A stretch of 64,000 bases of DNA from Planctomycetota bacterium (GCA_046290465.1 JBKAGP010000001.1:256001-320000); one strand, 5' to 3'. Shown: positions 20,508-32,105, numbered from the stretch's first letter. The notes: a model not told the origin generated them from the sequence alone. Numbers and translations: made by a program.

Positions 20508-21407
20508 ATGAGCAACGAACGGAACGAAGTCCGGGACCGCATCGTCGGCTGCATCGTCGCCGGCGCGCTCGGCGACGCCCATGGCGGCCCGTAGGAGAAC
20601 GGCACCGCGGCTGCGCCTGATCGTGCGCGCCGGATCTCCGACGACACCCAGTTGACGCTCGCGACCTGCGAGGCGATCGGTGCGGGTGGTCGGGTCGAGC
20701 CCGAGGACGTGGCCGCGCGGTTGCTGGCGTGGTTCCGCTCGGGGCGGCTGCGCGGGGTCGGTGCGAGCACGCTGCAGGCGTTGCGCGATCTCGATGCCGG
20801 GGCGCACTGGGCCGCTGCCGGTCGCGTCGGAGACCGCGCCGCCGGCAACGGTGCTGCGATGCGGATCGCGCCGTTGGCCTTCTGCCGGGAAGCATCGCCG
20901 CAGGCCGGCGCCGCGCTGCTGCGGGACGTCGGTTCGATCACGCATCGCAACGACGAGGCGATCGCGGGAGCCGGCGCCATCTTCCATGCGATCCGCTGCT
21001 GCTTCGAAGCGCGACGGGTCGTCGACGACCTCGCCGAGCGGGTCGCGTCTGCGTTGCCGGACACGCGCGTGCGCGATGCCCTGCAGGTTGCGGCCGGGTT
21101 GCCGGTTGCAGCATCGGTGCGCATCGCGGCCAGCGTGCTGGGGTGTTCGGGCTACGTCGTGGAGTCGGTGCCACTTGCCATCTTCGCGGCGCAGCGCGCC
21201 CACACGGCGGGCCTGCCGGAGGTCTTCGAGGAGATCAACGACACGCGTGGGGATACCGACACGATCGCGTCGATGGCTGGCCAGGTGTTCGGCGCGGGGG
21301 CCGGGCTGGCGGCTATTCCGATCGAACGGTTCGTCGAGGTCGACGGGATCGACGAGGTGATCGCCGTCGCCGAAGAGCTGGCGGCGAAGCTCGCCGCTCC
21401 GTCGTAG
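20508..21407 (+). pseudogene. ADP-ribosylglycohydrolase (DraG/ARH family) interrupted by an in-frame TAG at 20592-20594
   Basis: One frame reads RIVGCIVAGALGDAHGGP*E...SDDTQLTLA...GNGAAMRIAP...THR...GDTDTIASMAG. Confidence 0.8.
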
Positions 21408-21561
21408 GCCAGGGCGCTGCGGCGTGCCGTTGCGAGCGCATCGGCTGCCGAACGGACTCGCCCGGCTCGCGCGTGAGCCGCACGCAGCGATTGGCGGGGG
21501 CGCCCGAGCGCTGTCCGCAGCGCCGCACCACGATCCGGCGGCGAACGGATCGGCCTCCGAG

Positions 21562-23022
21562 CTACGCCACCGTCTCCGGCGCCACGCCGCACGCTGCCTG
21601 GATCTCGACGCAGTACCGCGTGTTGAGCTGCAGCTTGGCGACCTCGCTGATCTCGACGCCAGGGATCCACAGCACGCGGTCGTCGGCGTCGACGACCAGC
21701 GGCATGCGGTCGCGGTCGAAGCGCGGCACGTGGCGGCTCTGCAGGAAGCGGCGCAGTTCGACCGGCTCGCCGTAGCCGAGCGGCTGGAAGCGGTCGCCCG
21801 GCCGGCGCGTGCGCAGCCGCCATGGCTGCGGGCACAGTCGCGGGTCGAGCAGCGCGCGCAGCGGGCCGGCTTCCTCGGGGGACGGCACCAGTGGCGGCAC
21901 CGGATGGCCGTTGGCCTGCATCGTCCACTCGGTCGCGCCGAACGGCTGGCGCGCGGAGTCGACGATCAGCTGCTGGCCGCCGTCGTCGGTGCGCGGCGGC
22001 TTGCCGGCGCGGTCGGTGTCGATCAGCAGCAGGCCGTCGCGGATCCGTTCGACCAGCAGGCCACCGCGGCCGGCGACGCGCTTGCCGTCGTCCATGTCGA
22101 GCAGGTCCATGACGCGGTCGAGCCAGGCGGTGGTCGGCGCGTCGCCGTAGGGGTGCATCGTCACGTGCGCCTGCCGCAGCGCTTCCCGCACGAACGGCAG
22201 CGTGTGCACGTCGATGCCGGCGAGGTCGAGTTCGAGTCGCCACGACGCCTTGTTGCGGGTGCGCTGCGTCAGCACCCGCAGGCCCTGCGCCTCGACGATC
22301 TCGTTGGCGGCGCGCGCGGTGCTGGCGACCGTCATGATCGCGACGTCGAGGCCGATGCCCATGCGCTTGCGCAGCGAAGGGATGGTGCGATGGCGCAGTT
22401 CGTTGCGGGCCAGGCCGAGATCTTCGTTGCTGGAGTCGTGGTAGGGCTGCTCGCCGAGTCGCTCGATCAGGCACTCGATGGTGGTGCGGCGCGTGCGCAG
22501 CATCGGTCGCACCAGCAGCAGGCGATGCTCGTCGTCGCCGAGCCAGCGCGACTCGGGGATGCCGGCGAGGCCGCGCGGGCCGGTGCCGCGCAGCATGCGG
22601 AACAGCACCGTCTCCAGGTTGTCGTCGGCGTGGTGCGCGGTCACCAGCACGGCGGCGCCGAAGTGGCGAGCGCAGTCCTGCAACTGCTCGTAGCGGGCCG
22701 TTCGCAGCGCGTCCTCGCCGGGCGTCTCATCCTGGGCCCATCGCAGCCGTCGCACCTGGATCGGCACGTCCAGCCGGTCGCACAGGTCGAGCACGTGCTG
22801 GGCATTGGCGCCGCTGTCCTCGCGCACGCCGTGGTCGATGTGCGCCACACAGAGGGGGCCGCGCAGCCGCCCCTCGTCGTAGAGCCGGGTCAGGGCCAGC
22901 AGCAGCAGGGTGCTGTCCATTCCGCCCGAAACCGCCGCCAGCACCGGACCTTCCGCGGCGACGTTCTCGTAGCGCGAGAGGGTCTTCGCGCAGGTATCCA
23001 GCAAACGAACGAAACTGTCCAT
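21562..23022 (-). CDS. tilS: tRNA(Ile)-lysidine synthetase
   Basis: PP-loop AVSGGMDS, HIDHGVR, TAHHADDNLET, RGTG..GL, RPML; C-terminal RRPGDRF...R.R.P. Confidence 0.93.
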   Translation of the reverse strand: MDSFVRLLDTCAKTLSRYENVAAEGPVLAAVSGGMDSTLLLLALTRLYDEGRLRGPLCVAHIDHGVREDSGANAQHVLDLCDRLDVPIQVRRLRWAQDETPGEDALRTARYEQLQDCARHFGAAVLVTAHHADDNLETVLFRMLRGTGPRGLAGIPESRWLGDDEHRLLLVRPMLRTRRTTIECLIERLGEQPYHDSSNEDLGLARNELRHRTIPSLRKRMGIGLDVAIMTVASTARAANEIVEAQGLRVLTQRTRNKASWRLELDLAGIDVHTLPFVREALRQAHVTMHPYGDAPTTAWLDRVMDLLDMDDGKRVAGRGGLLVERIRDGLLLIDTDRAGKPPRTDDGGQQLIVDSARQPFGATEWTMQANGHPVPPLVPSPEEAGPLRALLDPRLCPQPWRLRTRRPGDRFQPLGYGEPVELRRFLQSRHVPRFDRDRMPLVVDADDRVLWIPGVEISEVAKLQLNTRYCVEIQAACGVAPETVA

Positions 23023-23079
23023 TGGATGGGAAGGGCAGGCCGCTAGACTGCTCGGCCGATTTTCCGCGCAGTCCGCTAA

Positions 23080-24144
<1,065 letters not shown>

Positions 24145-24224
24145 TCGCAGCAGTTCCGCCAGACGCGGGCTCAAGAGCCCCAACTCGAGCGCCCAGACTC
24201 CAACCCTCAGACGCGAGCGCAGCC

Positions 24225-25478
24225 ATGAGCTACCAGGCGATCACCGATCTCGATCTTTCCGGCAAGCGCGTCCTGATGCGCGTGGACTTCAACGTTCCGC
24301 AGGACAAGGCGACGCTCGCGATCACCAACAACCAGCGGATCGTGTCGGCGCTGCCGACGATCCGCTACGCGCTCGAGCAGGGCGCGTCGGTGGTGCTGAT
24401 GTCCCACCTGGGTCGGCCCAACGGCGAGCGTGTCGAGGCGTTCTCGCTGCGCCCGGTCGCCGAGGAGCTGGCGCAGCTGCTCGGCCAGCCGGTGCAGTTC
24501 CTGCCGCAGTGCGTCGGTGCCGAGGTCGAGCAGGCCTGCGGTCCGGGCGTGCTGCAGCCGGGCACGGTGGTGCTGCTCGAGAACGTGCGCTTCCACATCG
24601 AGGAAGAGGGCAAGCGCAAGGTCGTCGACGCCGACGGCAACAAGAGCAGCGAGAAGGCCGACCCGGACCAGGTCGACGCGTTCCGTCGCTCGCTGGCGGC
24701 GCTCGGCGACGTGTTCGTGCTCGACGCGTTCGGCACCGCGCACCGCGCGCACAGCTCGGTCAGCGGCGTCGCCGAGCGGCTGCCGTCGGCGGCGGGCCTG
24801 CTGCTGGCGCGCGAACTCGACGCGTTCGGCAAGGTGCTCAGCAACCCCGAGCGCCCGTTCGTCGCGATCCTCGGTGGCGCCAAGGTCAGCGACAAGCTGC
24901 CGGTCATCGAGAACCTGCTGCCGAAGGTCGACAAGCTGATCATCGGCGGCGCGATGGCCTACACCTTCTTGAGCAAGATGGGCAAGCAGGTCGGCACGTC
25001 GCTGGTCGAACCCGATCTGCTGGCAGAGGCCGGCCGCGTGATGGCGATGGCCGAGCAGCAGGGCAAGCAGCTGCTGTTGCCGGTCGACCACGTCGCTGCG
25101 CCGAAGTTCGCGGCCGATGCGCCGGTCAGCACCCACGAGGGCGACATCCCCGACGGCCTGATGGGCCTCGACATCGGCCCGAAGACGATCGCCAGCTACG
25201 TCGCCGCGCTGAGCGGCGCCAAGACCGTGATCTGGAACGGCCCGATGGGCGTGTTCGAGATGGACGCGTTCTGCAAGGGCACCGAGGCCGTCGCCCAGGC
25301 GGTCGCCGACGCCACCGCCAACGGCGCGTTCACCGTCGTCGGTGGCGGCGACTCGGTCGCGGCCGCGGAAAAGCTCGGCATCGTCGACAAGCTCAGCCAC
25401 GTCTCCACCGGCGGCGGCGCCAGCCTCGAGCTGCTCGAGGGCAAGACCCTGCCCGGCGTCGCCGCCCTCTCGAACTAG
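24225..25478 (+). CDS. pgk: Phosphoglycerate kinase
   Basis: RVDFNVP, SHLGRP, DAFGTAHRAH, GGAKVSDK, WNGPMGVFE and STGGGASLE motifs. Confidence 0.98.
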   Translation: MSYQAITDLDLSGKRVLMRVDFNVPQDKATLAITNNQRIVSALPTIRYALEQGASVVLMSHLGRPNGERVEAFSLRPVAEELAQLLGQPVQFLPQCVGAEVEQACGPGVLQPGTVVLLENVRFHIEEEGKRKVVDADGNKSSEKADPDQVDAFRRSLAALGDVFVLDAFGTAHRAHSSVSGVAERLPSAAGLLLARELDAFGKVLSNPERPFVAILGGAKVSDKLPVIENLLPKVDKLIIGGAMAYTFLSKMGKQVGTSLVEPDLLAEAGRVMAMAEQQGKQLLLPVDHVAAPKFAADAPVSTHEGDIPDGLMGLDIGPKTIASYVAALSGAKTVIWNGPMGVFEMDAFCKGTEAVAQAVADATANGAFTVVGGGDSVAAAEKLGIVDKLSHVSTGGGASLELLEGKTLPGVAALSN

Positions 25479-25549
25479 CGTCCGGTTCGCAGGTCTGGTC
25501 CCGTAGGTCTGTCCCGTAGGTCTGCTTCCGGGACGAAACCTCTCCGACC

Positions 25550-28500
25550 TCAGCCGAGCCGCCGCCGTAGCCACCGCCAACCGCACGCGTAGGCCAGACC
25601 CGTCACGGTCGGCGCCGCGCGGAACAACCGCCACCAGCGCAGGTGCGTGCGGTCGTGCGGGCCGCGGCTCTCGTCGTCCGACAGCTCGGCCAGGCGCAGG
25701 ATCTCGGGCAGCGCGGCCAGGAACGCGCGGCGCCGGCCGAACCAGCCGTTCGCCATCGCGATGCGCGCCAGCGTCGCCAGCTGCACGACGCGCAGCTTCT
25801 CGCTCGGGAAGCTCTCGGTCTCCATCTCGCACAGCTCGAGGCAGCGCGCGTGCTCGCCGCGCCGGTAGGCGCACTCGGCCAGGAACCGGCGGTGCCACCA
25901 GACCGAATGGTCGGCCGGAACGTCGGACGACAGCGCGAAGCTGCTGACCTCCTCGACGCGGTCCCACTGATCGAGGTCGGCGTGCACGCCCGACAGGTTG
26001 GCGAGCATCCAGCCGCGCACGCCGGCGCGTCGGTAGTTGCCGTCGGTCAGGCGCACCGCGGTCGCCGCGCCGGCGTCGTCGTTGAGCGCGTAGACGATGC
26101 GCGCCCAGCTCTCGGTGTCGTCGATCGGCGGCTGCAGGTTGCGGGTGACCCAGCGGTCGATGTCGGCGACCCGGTAGTTGCCGTTGCACGCATACAGCAG
26201 CCGCGCCAGCACCTCGAGGCGGTCCTCGTCGGGCAGCCAGGCCGCGAACCGGTCGAGCCGCCGCCAGAAGCCCTTGTCCTGCTCGGCGATCAGGATCGTC
26301 AGCGCGTTCTCGTGCAGCCGCACGTCGGCCTCGCGTTCGCTGTCGGTGAGCACGCGGTCGAGCAGCGCGGTCTGGGCGCGACGGTCGCGGCCGCGCATCG
26401 CCTCGTCAGCGCGGCGCAGGCGCTCGACGTTCGCTTCCGGCTCGCGCAGCAACCGCAGGAAGAACGGCTCGGCGCGTTCGCGCTCGCCGGTGCGGGCCAG
26501 CGCCTCGCACAGCATCGCCGCCCGGTGGAACGGCTGCTGCGCCGGATCGGTCGCGCCCGGGAACAGCTCGGCGACCCGCTTGGGCTTGCCGCGCTCGAGC
26601 AGCACGTGCGCCAGCCGGTCGCGCGCCCAGTCGTGGTCGGGCGCCCGCTCGAGCGCCTTGCGCAGGTCCCGTTCGGCCAGCGCCAGCTCGTCGCGGCGGA
26701 TGTGCACGTCGGCCGCGTAGCAGAACGGCGTCGGGTTGTCGGCGATCGCCGCGGGCGGATCGCCGCACAGTTCGAGCAGGTCGGCGTCGCGGTGCTCGTC
26801 GTCGAGCCAGGTCATCAGCTCGAACCAGCCGTCGACGAAGTCGTCGTGCCGCTGCAGCAGCGCCACCAGCCCTTCGCGGGCCGCGGCCAGCTCGCCCTGC
26901 AGGCGGCGGATGCGCAGCCGCGACAGGTGCAGCTGCGGGTCGTCACCGAGCAGTTCGAGGCCGGCCGCGATCACCTGCTCGGCCTCGTCGAACTTGCGCA
27001 ACTCGAGCAGCGCATCGAGCAGCTGGGCGCGCGCGCTGCCGGTGCGCGGATCGATGCGAACGGCCTGCCGCAGCGCCGCGACCCGCTGCTCCTGGTCGCC
27101 GAGCGCCTCGTGCGCCGTCGCCAGCAGCTCGTAGCTGAGTCGCCACGTCGGGTTGTCGCGCACGCACGCCTCGGCGTGGCGCAGCGCCGCGTCGAGCTCG
27201 CCGATCTGTGCGCGCCACATCACCTGCGCACGGCGAACCCAACCGTAGTCGGGACTGAGCAGCGCGGCCCGGTCGGCGCTCTGCAGCGCGCCGTCGCGAT
27301 CGCCGAACGTCCAGCACAGGCTCGCGCGCATGCCGAACAGCGTCGGGTCGCTCGGCGCGTTTTCGATGCCGCGATCGTAGGTCGCCATCGCCTCCTGCGT
27401 GCGGCCCTCCTGCTCGAGCGACTCGCCGAGTTCGACCCAGGCCTGGCCGTAGCTCGGTTCGCGGTCGATCAGCTCCTGCAGCAGGTCGCGCTCCTGCTGG
27501 CGCTGGCCGGCGGCGCGCAGGCAGCGGCCGAACAGGATCCAGTTCGACAGGATCCACGGGAAGTCGTCGCGCAGCTTGCGGCCGATCTCGACGGCCGCCG
27601 CGGCGTCGTGGTCCGAGACCCAGCTGCAGCGCGACGCGGCCAGCGACGGGTCGCCGGGAAACCGCTCCTGCAGCTGCTGCAAGAACGTCTCGACGTCGTC
27701 GTCCTCGAGGTCGCTCGCGATCACGCGCACCAGGTAGTCGAGGTCGTCCTGCGCCGGCGGCACGTGGCCCTGCAGCGCCTTTGCCATCGCCTCGCGCACC
27801 GCGGCCGCCGATTGCCCGGCGTTCTCCGCCAGCTGCCGGCGACGCGACAGCAGCGCCGGTTCGTCGGCCCAGCGCACCGCCGCGTCGGCCAGCAGCGCGC
27901 GGCAGCGCGCGAGCTCGCCGGTCTCCTCGGCGACGTCGATCGCGTCGAGCACGACCGGCAACGAGTCGGGCATCTGCTCGAGCATCACCGCCGCGTGCGG
28001 CGCCGCTTCTTCGGCGCGGCCGCTGCGGATCAGGTGGCGGGTCAGGCGACCGAGCAGCCACCACTCGGTCGGGTGTTCGTCGACCAGCCGCCGCATCAAC
28101 TGCTCGGACGCGGCGCGTTCCTCGATCTCGTCGTAGAACTCCTGCACGCGCACCAACAGCCGCGGGTTCTCGCCGTGCTCTTCGATGCACTGCGCTGCGC
28201 GCTGCAGCGCCGCGTCGCGGCCTTCGGTCGCCAGCGTGTCGCGCAGCATCGCCGCCCACGCGCCGCCGTTCTGCGGATCGAGCTCGACCGCCTGGCGCAG
28301 CGCGTCGCTGGCCGCGGCGAAGTCGCGCTCGGCGAGCGCCAGCCGGCGGCGCGCATCCTGCAGCGGCAGCGGCCGCCAGCGCGCCTCGTCCTGCAGCAGC
28401 TCCTTGGCCTCTGCGCGCTGGCTGTCGGTCAGCAGCAGGTCGAACAGCTGTTCGCGGACCTCGGGTTCGTCGGCGTGGTGCAGCGCATCGCGCAGCACCC

Positions 28501-30556
28501 CGATCGCCTCGCTGCGCCGGTGGGCCGCGTCGAGCGCGCGGGCCAGCGTCGCGCGCGCCTCCCAGCGGGTGCTGCCGATGTCGTCGACGCGGCGCTGCAA
28601 GAACGCGAGGCCCTCGTCGCGGCGGCCGAGCAGCGCGCACGCATCGGCATAGCTGTCGGCCAGCCGTTCGTCGTGCGGCTCCAGCGCGGCGCACAGCCGA
28701 TACAGCGCCAGCGCGTGTTCGCGGCGGTCGAGGTCGTTCCAGCAGATGTCGGCGACGACCTTGACCGGCAGGGCCCGGCCCGGCATCAGCCTGGTGACGC
28801 GACGCGCCAGCTGCTCGGCGCGCGCGCGGGTCGGCGCGGCGTGGCGCAGGTGCTCGGCGAGCATCAGCATCTGGTGCGGCGACTTGCCGCCCGCGTGCCG
28901 CTCGAGCAACGCGACGAACGGCTGCCAACGGTCCTGCGCGCGCAGCTCGACCGCATAGCCGTACTGCCAGTACGGATCGTCGCGGTGCTGTTCGTAGCGT
29001 TCGCGGTAGAGGCGCAGCCGTTCGCGACGGTCCTCGCGCTCGTAGGCGATCCGGATCGCGGCCTCGAACCGCGGCGTCGACGGCTCGCGGGCCAGCAGGT
29101 CGGCGCCGAGCTGCTCGGCGCGCGCGAGGTCGCGTTCGTCGTAGGCCTGGCGCAGCTCCTGCAGCAGCATCATCTCGTCGCGCAGCGGCAGCAGCTCGAC
29201 CGGGACCCGGTCGGATTGGTCCTTGGGCAGCAGCAGCGCACAGTCGCCGCCGCGCGACTGCATGTGCTTGTCGAGCCACTCGGCGTCCATCTCCTGCAGC
29301 GACGAGAAGTTCGGATCGCGCACGATCACGGTGCCGAGGCCGCGGTCGTAGCCGCAGATCGCCTGGCGGTGGCCGGACGTCTCGGCGCGCGTGCTCAGCG
29401 CGAACGGCAGGCCGCGGTCGAGCAGCTGGTGGGCGACGTCGATGTCGAACTGGAAGAACCAGACGTCGAGGTCGCGGCCGCGCGCCCAGCGTAGTTCGGC
29501 GTGCGACGCGGTGCCGTCGTAGGTGATCTGCTCGGCGATCTCGCGCTGGTCGACGTCGATGCCGGCGTAGGCGAGCAGCGACGACATCGTCGCCGGCGAA
29601 CAGGTCGAGTGGTCCTGCCGCACGAACGGCACCTGCAGCACGTGTCGGCCGCCGCCCTCGGGGTGTTCGTCGAGCCAGCTGGACAGCCGGTCGGTCCACT
29701 TGCGCATGCGCGGCCCGGCCTTCTGCATCCACTGCAGCGCCGCGTGCGCATCGCCGAGGCGGCGGTGCACGCGCGCCAGCTGCATGTTGGCGCCGGTCTG
29801 CTGGTGGCGGTCGAGCGGCATCTCGGAGATCACCCGTTCGAGGCGCGCGCGGCCGTGCTCGAGCTGGCCGGCCTCGACCAGCGCGTCGGCGTAGAGCAGT
29901 TCGAGCGACGGGCACTGGATCGTGGCGCAGGCTTCGTCGAGCGACTGCAGCGCCTCGTCGGTGCGCCGCTTCTGCAGCAGGAACCAGCTCTGCTGCTCGT
30001 GCACGAACGCGTTCTCGGTCCAGCGCCGGCGCGCCGACTGGCAGGTCTCGAGCGCGCGTTCGGTGTCGTCCTGCATCCACAGCGTCCAGGCCCGTTCGCG
30101 CACCAGGTCGCAGTCCTCGCCGTAGCGTTCGGCGGCGGCGTCGAGCACCTCGTGCGAACGGTCGTAGATGCGCGCGTAGGCGAACACGCGCGCGCGCGCC
30201 AGCTCGTGCCAGCGGGCTTCGCCGTCGTCGCGCGGGGCCGGCGCGTCGTCGCGCAGCAGCTGCTCGTAGCACTCGAGCGTGCGGCCGCGGCGCAGCGCGT
30301 CGAACAGGCCGCGCGTCCGGCTCCACAGCGCGTCGGGGTGGCGGGTGCGGATCCTGCGACCGAGCCAGTGGCGGCGGGTCTCGAAGCCGAGCCACCAGGC
30401 GAGGTCGTGGGCGAGCTGCAGGAACGTCGGGTCGGCCGCGGCGAAGCCCCGTTGGTAGTGCGGCTGCAGCGCGGTCCAGGCATCGACCCTTCGGCCGGCT
30501 TCGAACTGCGCGCGGATCGTCGCTGCGGTCTCTTCCCAGTTGGGCTCCAGCTCCAT
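25550..30556 (-). CDS. Giant TPR protein with embedded peptidase C39-like domain
   Basis: Many TPR-like helices; VPFVRQDHSTCSPAT (Q...C), SGHRQAICGYD (H) and VRDPN (D) form a papain-like triad. Confidence 0.85.
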   Translation of the reverse strand: MELEPNWEETAATIRAQFEAGRRVDAWTALQPHYQRGFAAADPTFLQLAHDLAWWLGFETRRHWLGRRIRTRHPDALWSRTRGLFDALRRGRTLECYEQLLRDDAPAPRDDGEARWHELARARVFAYARIYDRSHEVLDAAAERYGEDCDLVRERAWTLWMQDDTERALETCQSARRRWTENAFVHEQQSWFLLQKRRTDEALQSLDEACATIQCPSLELLYADALVEAGQLEHGRARLERVISEMPLDRHQQTGANMQLARVHRRLGDAHAALQWMQKAGPRMRKWTDRLSSWLDEHPEGGGRHVLQVPFVRQDHSTCSPATMSSLLAYAGIDVDQREIAEQITYDGTASHAELRWARGRDLDVWFFQFDIDVAHQLLDRGLPFALSTRAETSGHRQAICGYDRGLGTVIVRDPNFSSLQEMDAEWLDKHMQSRGGDCALLLPKDQSDRVPVELLPLRDEMMLLQELRQAYDERDLARAEQLGADLLAREPSTPRFEAAIRIAYEREDRRERLRLYRERYEQHRDDPYWQYGYAVELRAQDRWQPFVALLERHAGGKSPHQMLMLAEHLRHAAPTRARAEQLARRVTRLMPGRALPVKVVADICWNDLDRREHALALYRLCAALEPHDERLADSYADACALLGRRDEGLAFLQRRVDDIGSTRWEARATLARALDAAHRRSEAIGVLRDALHHADEPEVREQLFDLLLTDSQRAEAKELLQDEARWRPLPLQDARRRLALAERDFAAASDALRQAVELDPQNGGAWAAMLRDTLATEGRDAALQRAAQCIEEHGENPRLLVRVQEFYDEIEERAASEQLMRRLVDEHPTEWWLLGRLTRHLIRSGRAEEAAPHAAVMLEQMPDSLPVVLDAIDVAEETGELARCRALLADAAVRWADEPALLSRRRQLAENAGQSAAAVREAMAKALQGHVPPAQDDLDYLVRVIASDLEDDDVETFLQQLQERFPGDPSLAASRCSWVSDHDAAAAVEIGRKLRDDFPWILSNWILFGRCLRAAGQRQQERDLLQELIDREPSYGQAWVELGESLEQEGRTQEAMATYDRGIENAPSDPTLFGMRASLCWTFGDRDGALQSADRAALLSPDYGWVRRAQVMWRAQIGELDAALRHAEACVRDNPTWRLSYELLATAHEALGDQEQRVAALRQAVRIDPRTGSARAQLLDALLELRKFDEAEQVIAAGLELLGDDPQLHLSRLRIRRLQGELAAAREGLVALLQRHDDFVDGWFELMTWLDDEHRDADLLELCGDPPAAIADNPTPFCYAADVHIRRDELALAERDLRKALERAPDHDWARDRLAHVLLERGKPKRVAELFPGATDPAQQPFHRAAMLCEALARTGERERAEPFFLRLLREPEANVERLRRADEAMRGRDRRAQTALLDRVLTDSEREADVRLHENALTILIAEQDKGFWRRLDRFAAWLPDEDRLEVLARLLYACNGNYRVADIDRWVTRNLQPPIDDTESWARIVYALNDDAGAATAVRLTDGNYRRAGVRGWMLANLSGVHADLDQWDRVEEVSSFALSSDVPADHSVWWHRRFLAECAYRRGEHARCLELCEMETESFPSEKLRVVQLATLARIAMANGWFGRRRAFLAALPEILRLAELSDDESRGPHDRTHLRWWRLFRAAPTVTGLAYACGWRWLRRRLG

Positions 30557-30605
30557 CAGGCGCGCGAACGTAGGCGCGCGCCGGCGGGAGGCAAGCCCGG
30601 TGCCC

Positions 30606-31184
30606 CTAGACCCGCAGCGAGTATTCGAACTGGTTGACGCGCGCGACCGCGTGCCAGAAGTCGTCTTCGACGAAGTGCGGCTCGACCTGGAACGCGCCGT
30701 CCTGGCCGGCCTGGCCGGTGCGCACCAGGATCGTGCCGAGCTCGGCGCGCTGGCCGGCGAGGATGTCCGACGTCGTGTGGCCGATCATCCAGCTGCGCTG
30801 CAGGTTGAGGTCGAACTCCTGCTGGGCCATCTTGAAGATGCCCGGCCCCGGCTTGCGGAACACGCTCTCCTTCTTGAAGCGGCCCTTGCCCTTGGGGTGG
30901 TAGGGGCACGAGTAGATCTTGGCGATCGGGATCTGATCGTCGTGCATGCGCTGCAGGAACGCCTCGCAGAACTTGGTGAACTCGCGTTCGCGATATTTGC
31001 CGAACGCGATGTCGGTCCGGCTGGTCGCCACGAAGATCTTGAACTGGCTCGGGTCGATGCGGGTCAGCGCGTCGACGGCGCGGTCGAGGAAGGGGACGGT
31101 GCCGTCTTCGGTCAGGCGCGCCTGCTCGACGAGCACGCCGTCGAGTTCGAAGAAGAGGCCCTGCTTGTCGGGGATCTTGGCCAT
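30606..31184 (-). CDS. GmhB/HisB-like HAD-IIIA protein with degenerate catalytic motifs
   Basis: GmhB layout (CPYHP..RKPGPG..DLQRSWMIG..DI.AG..A..TILVRTG), but FFELDGV replaces DxD and GHTTSD replaces GD..D. Confidence 0.8.
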   Translation of the reverse strand: MAKIPDKQGLFFELDGVLVEQARLTEDGTVPFLDRAVDALTRIDPSQFKIFVATSRTDIAFGKYREREFTKFCEAFLQRMHDDQIPIAKIYSCPYHPKGKGRFKKESVFRKPGPGIFKMAQQEFDLNLQRSWMIGHTTSDILAGQRAELGTILVRTGQAGQDGAFQVEPHFVEDDFWHAVARVNQFEYSLRV

Positions 31185-31421
31185 GGGGGAGTCGGTGGTC
31201 GGGCGAGGCGGGGGAGCCCGTCGCCACCCATGGCATCGGAAGGACGCGGCCCCGCCTTGAAATCCGGGGAAAAACGCCCTGAAGTCCGGTCATGCCGGCA
31301 TTTCGGTCGGCCGCTCCCGGCGGAACCGGCTGGCGCTCCCGGATTTGACGCCTAACTTGGGCCGTGTGCGGCAGAAAGGCTGGCCCCGGCCACCGGGTGG
31401 GGCGTAGGGCTGGCATAATCC

Positions 31422-32105
31422 GTGGTCGCCCCCCCGACTCGTCCCTCCAACCCCTTGCCCGATCGTTCCGACAACGAGCTGATGCTCCGTGTCCAGGCTG
31501 GTGACCTGGAGGCGTTCGAACTGCTGGTCGTGCGGTTCCAGTCGATGGTCTACGGCCTGGCGATCAGCATGCTGCGCCGGCCGGAGGACGCCGAGGAGGC
31601 GGCACAGGACACGTTCCTGAAGCTCTACCGCGCCCGCGGCCAGTTCGACGGCACCCGCAAGCTCGGGCCGTGGTTGCTGCGCATCGCCGGCAACGCCTGC
31701 CGCGACCGCCTGCGCCGCCGTCGCGTCGCCGAGCTGCCGACCGCCCGCATGGACGTCGGCGACCGCGACCTGCTCGGCGAGCTGCCGGACCCGCGCTCGG
31801 CGCAAGGCGACCAGCTCGCCCCGACCGTGCGCACCGAGCTCGACCAGCTCAGTGACAAGGTGCGCCTGCCGCTGGAGCTCAAGTACCTGCGCGGCAAGAC
31901 CAACCAGGAGATCGCCAACGCGCTCGGCATCTCGGTCAGCAACGTCAAGGTCCAGATCGCGCGCGGCAAGGACATCCTGCAGAGCCGGCTCGAAGGCCAG
32001 GGCGTCACGTTTGGCCGCTCCGCCGAGGTTGGTGGCCGCTCCGCCGAGGCCGGCGGTCGCTCCGCCGAGGCCGGTGGCCGCGCTGCCGAAGGAGGTGGCG
32101 CATGA
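31422..32105 (+). CDS. ECF RNA polymerase sigma factor (RpoE/SigW-like); start uncertain
   Basis: GDLEAFELLV, DAEEAAQDTFLK, WLLRIAGN; region 4 EIANALGISVSNVKVQIARG; tail of GGRSAEA repeats. Confidence 0.92.
   Translation: MVAPPTRPSNPLPDRSDNELMLRVQAGDLEAFELLVVRFQSMVYGLAISMLRRPEDAEEAAQDTFLKLYRARGQFDGTRKLGPWLLRIAGNACRDRLRRRRVAELPTARMDVGDRDLLGELPDPRSAQGDQLAPTVRTELDQLSDKVRLPLELKYLRGKTNQEIANALGISVSNVKVQIARGKDILQSRLEGQGVTFGRSAEVGGRSAEAGGRSAEAGGRAAEGGGA

Noticed and set aside
20592..20594. Amber recoding (pyrrolysine or alternative genetic code)
   Set aside because: TAG ends many clear genes here (gap, pgk, trkA, tilS), and no pyl genes are visible. A single point lesion is simpler.
25643..29494. 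Very long alternative-frame ORFs (also 26943-30395, 31625-34993, 34551-37553, 13029-16064, 5308-7299)
   Set aside because: These are antisense or shifted shadows of real genes, expected at high GC. They are Arg/Ala/Pro-rich with no motifs.
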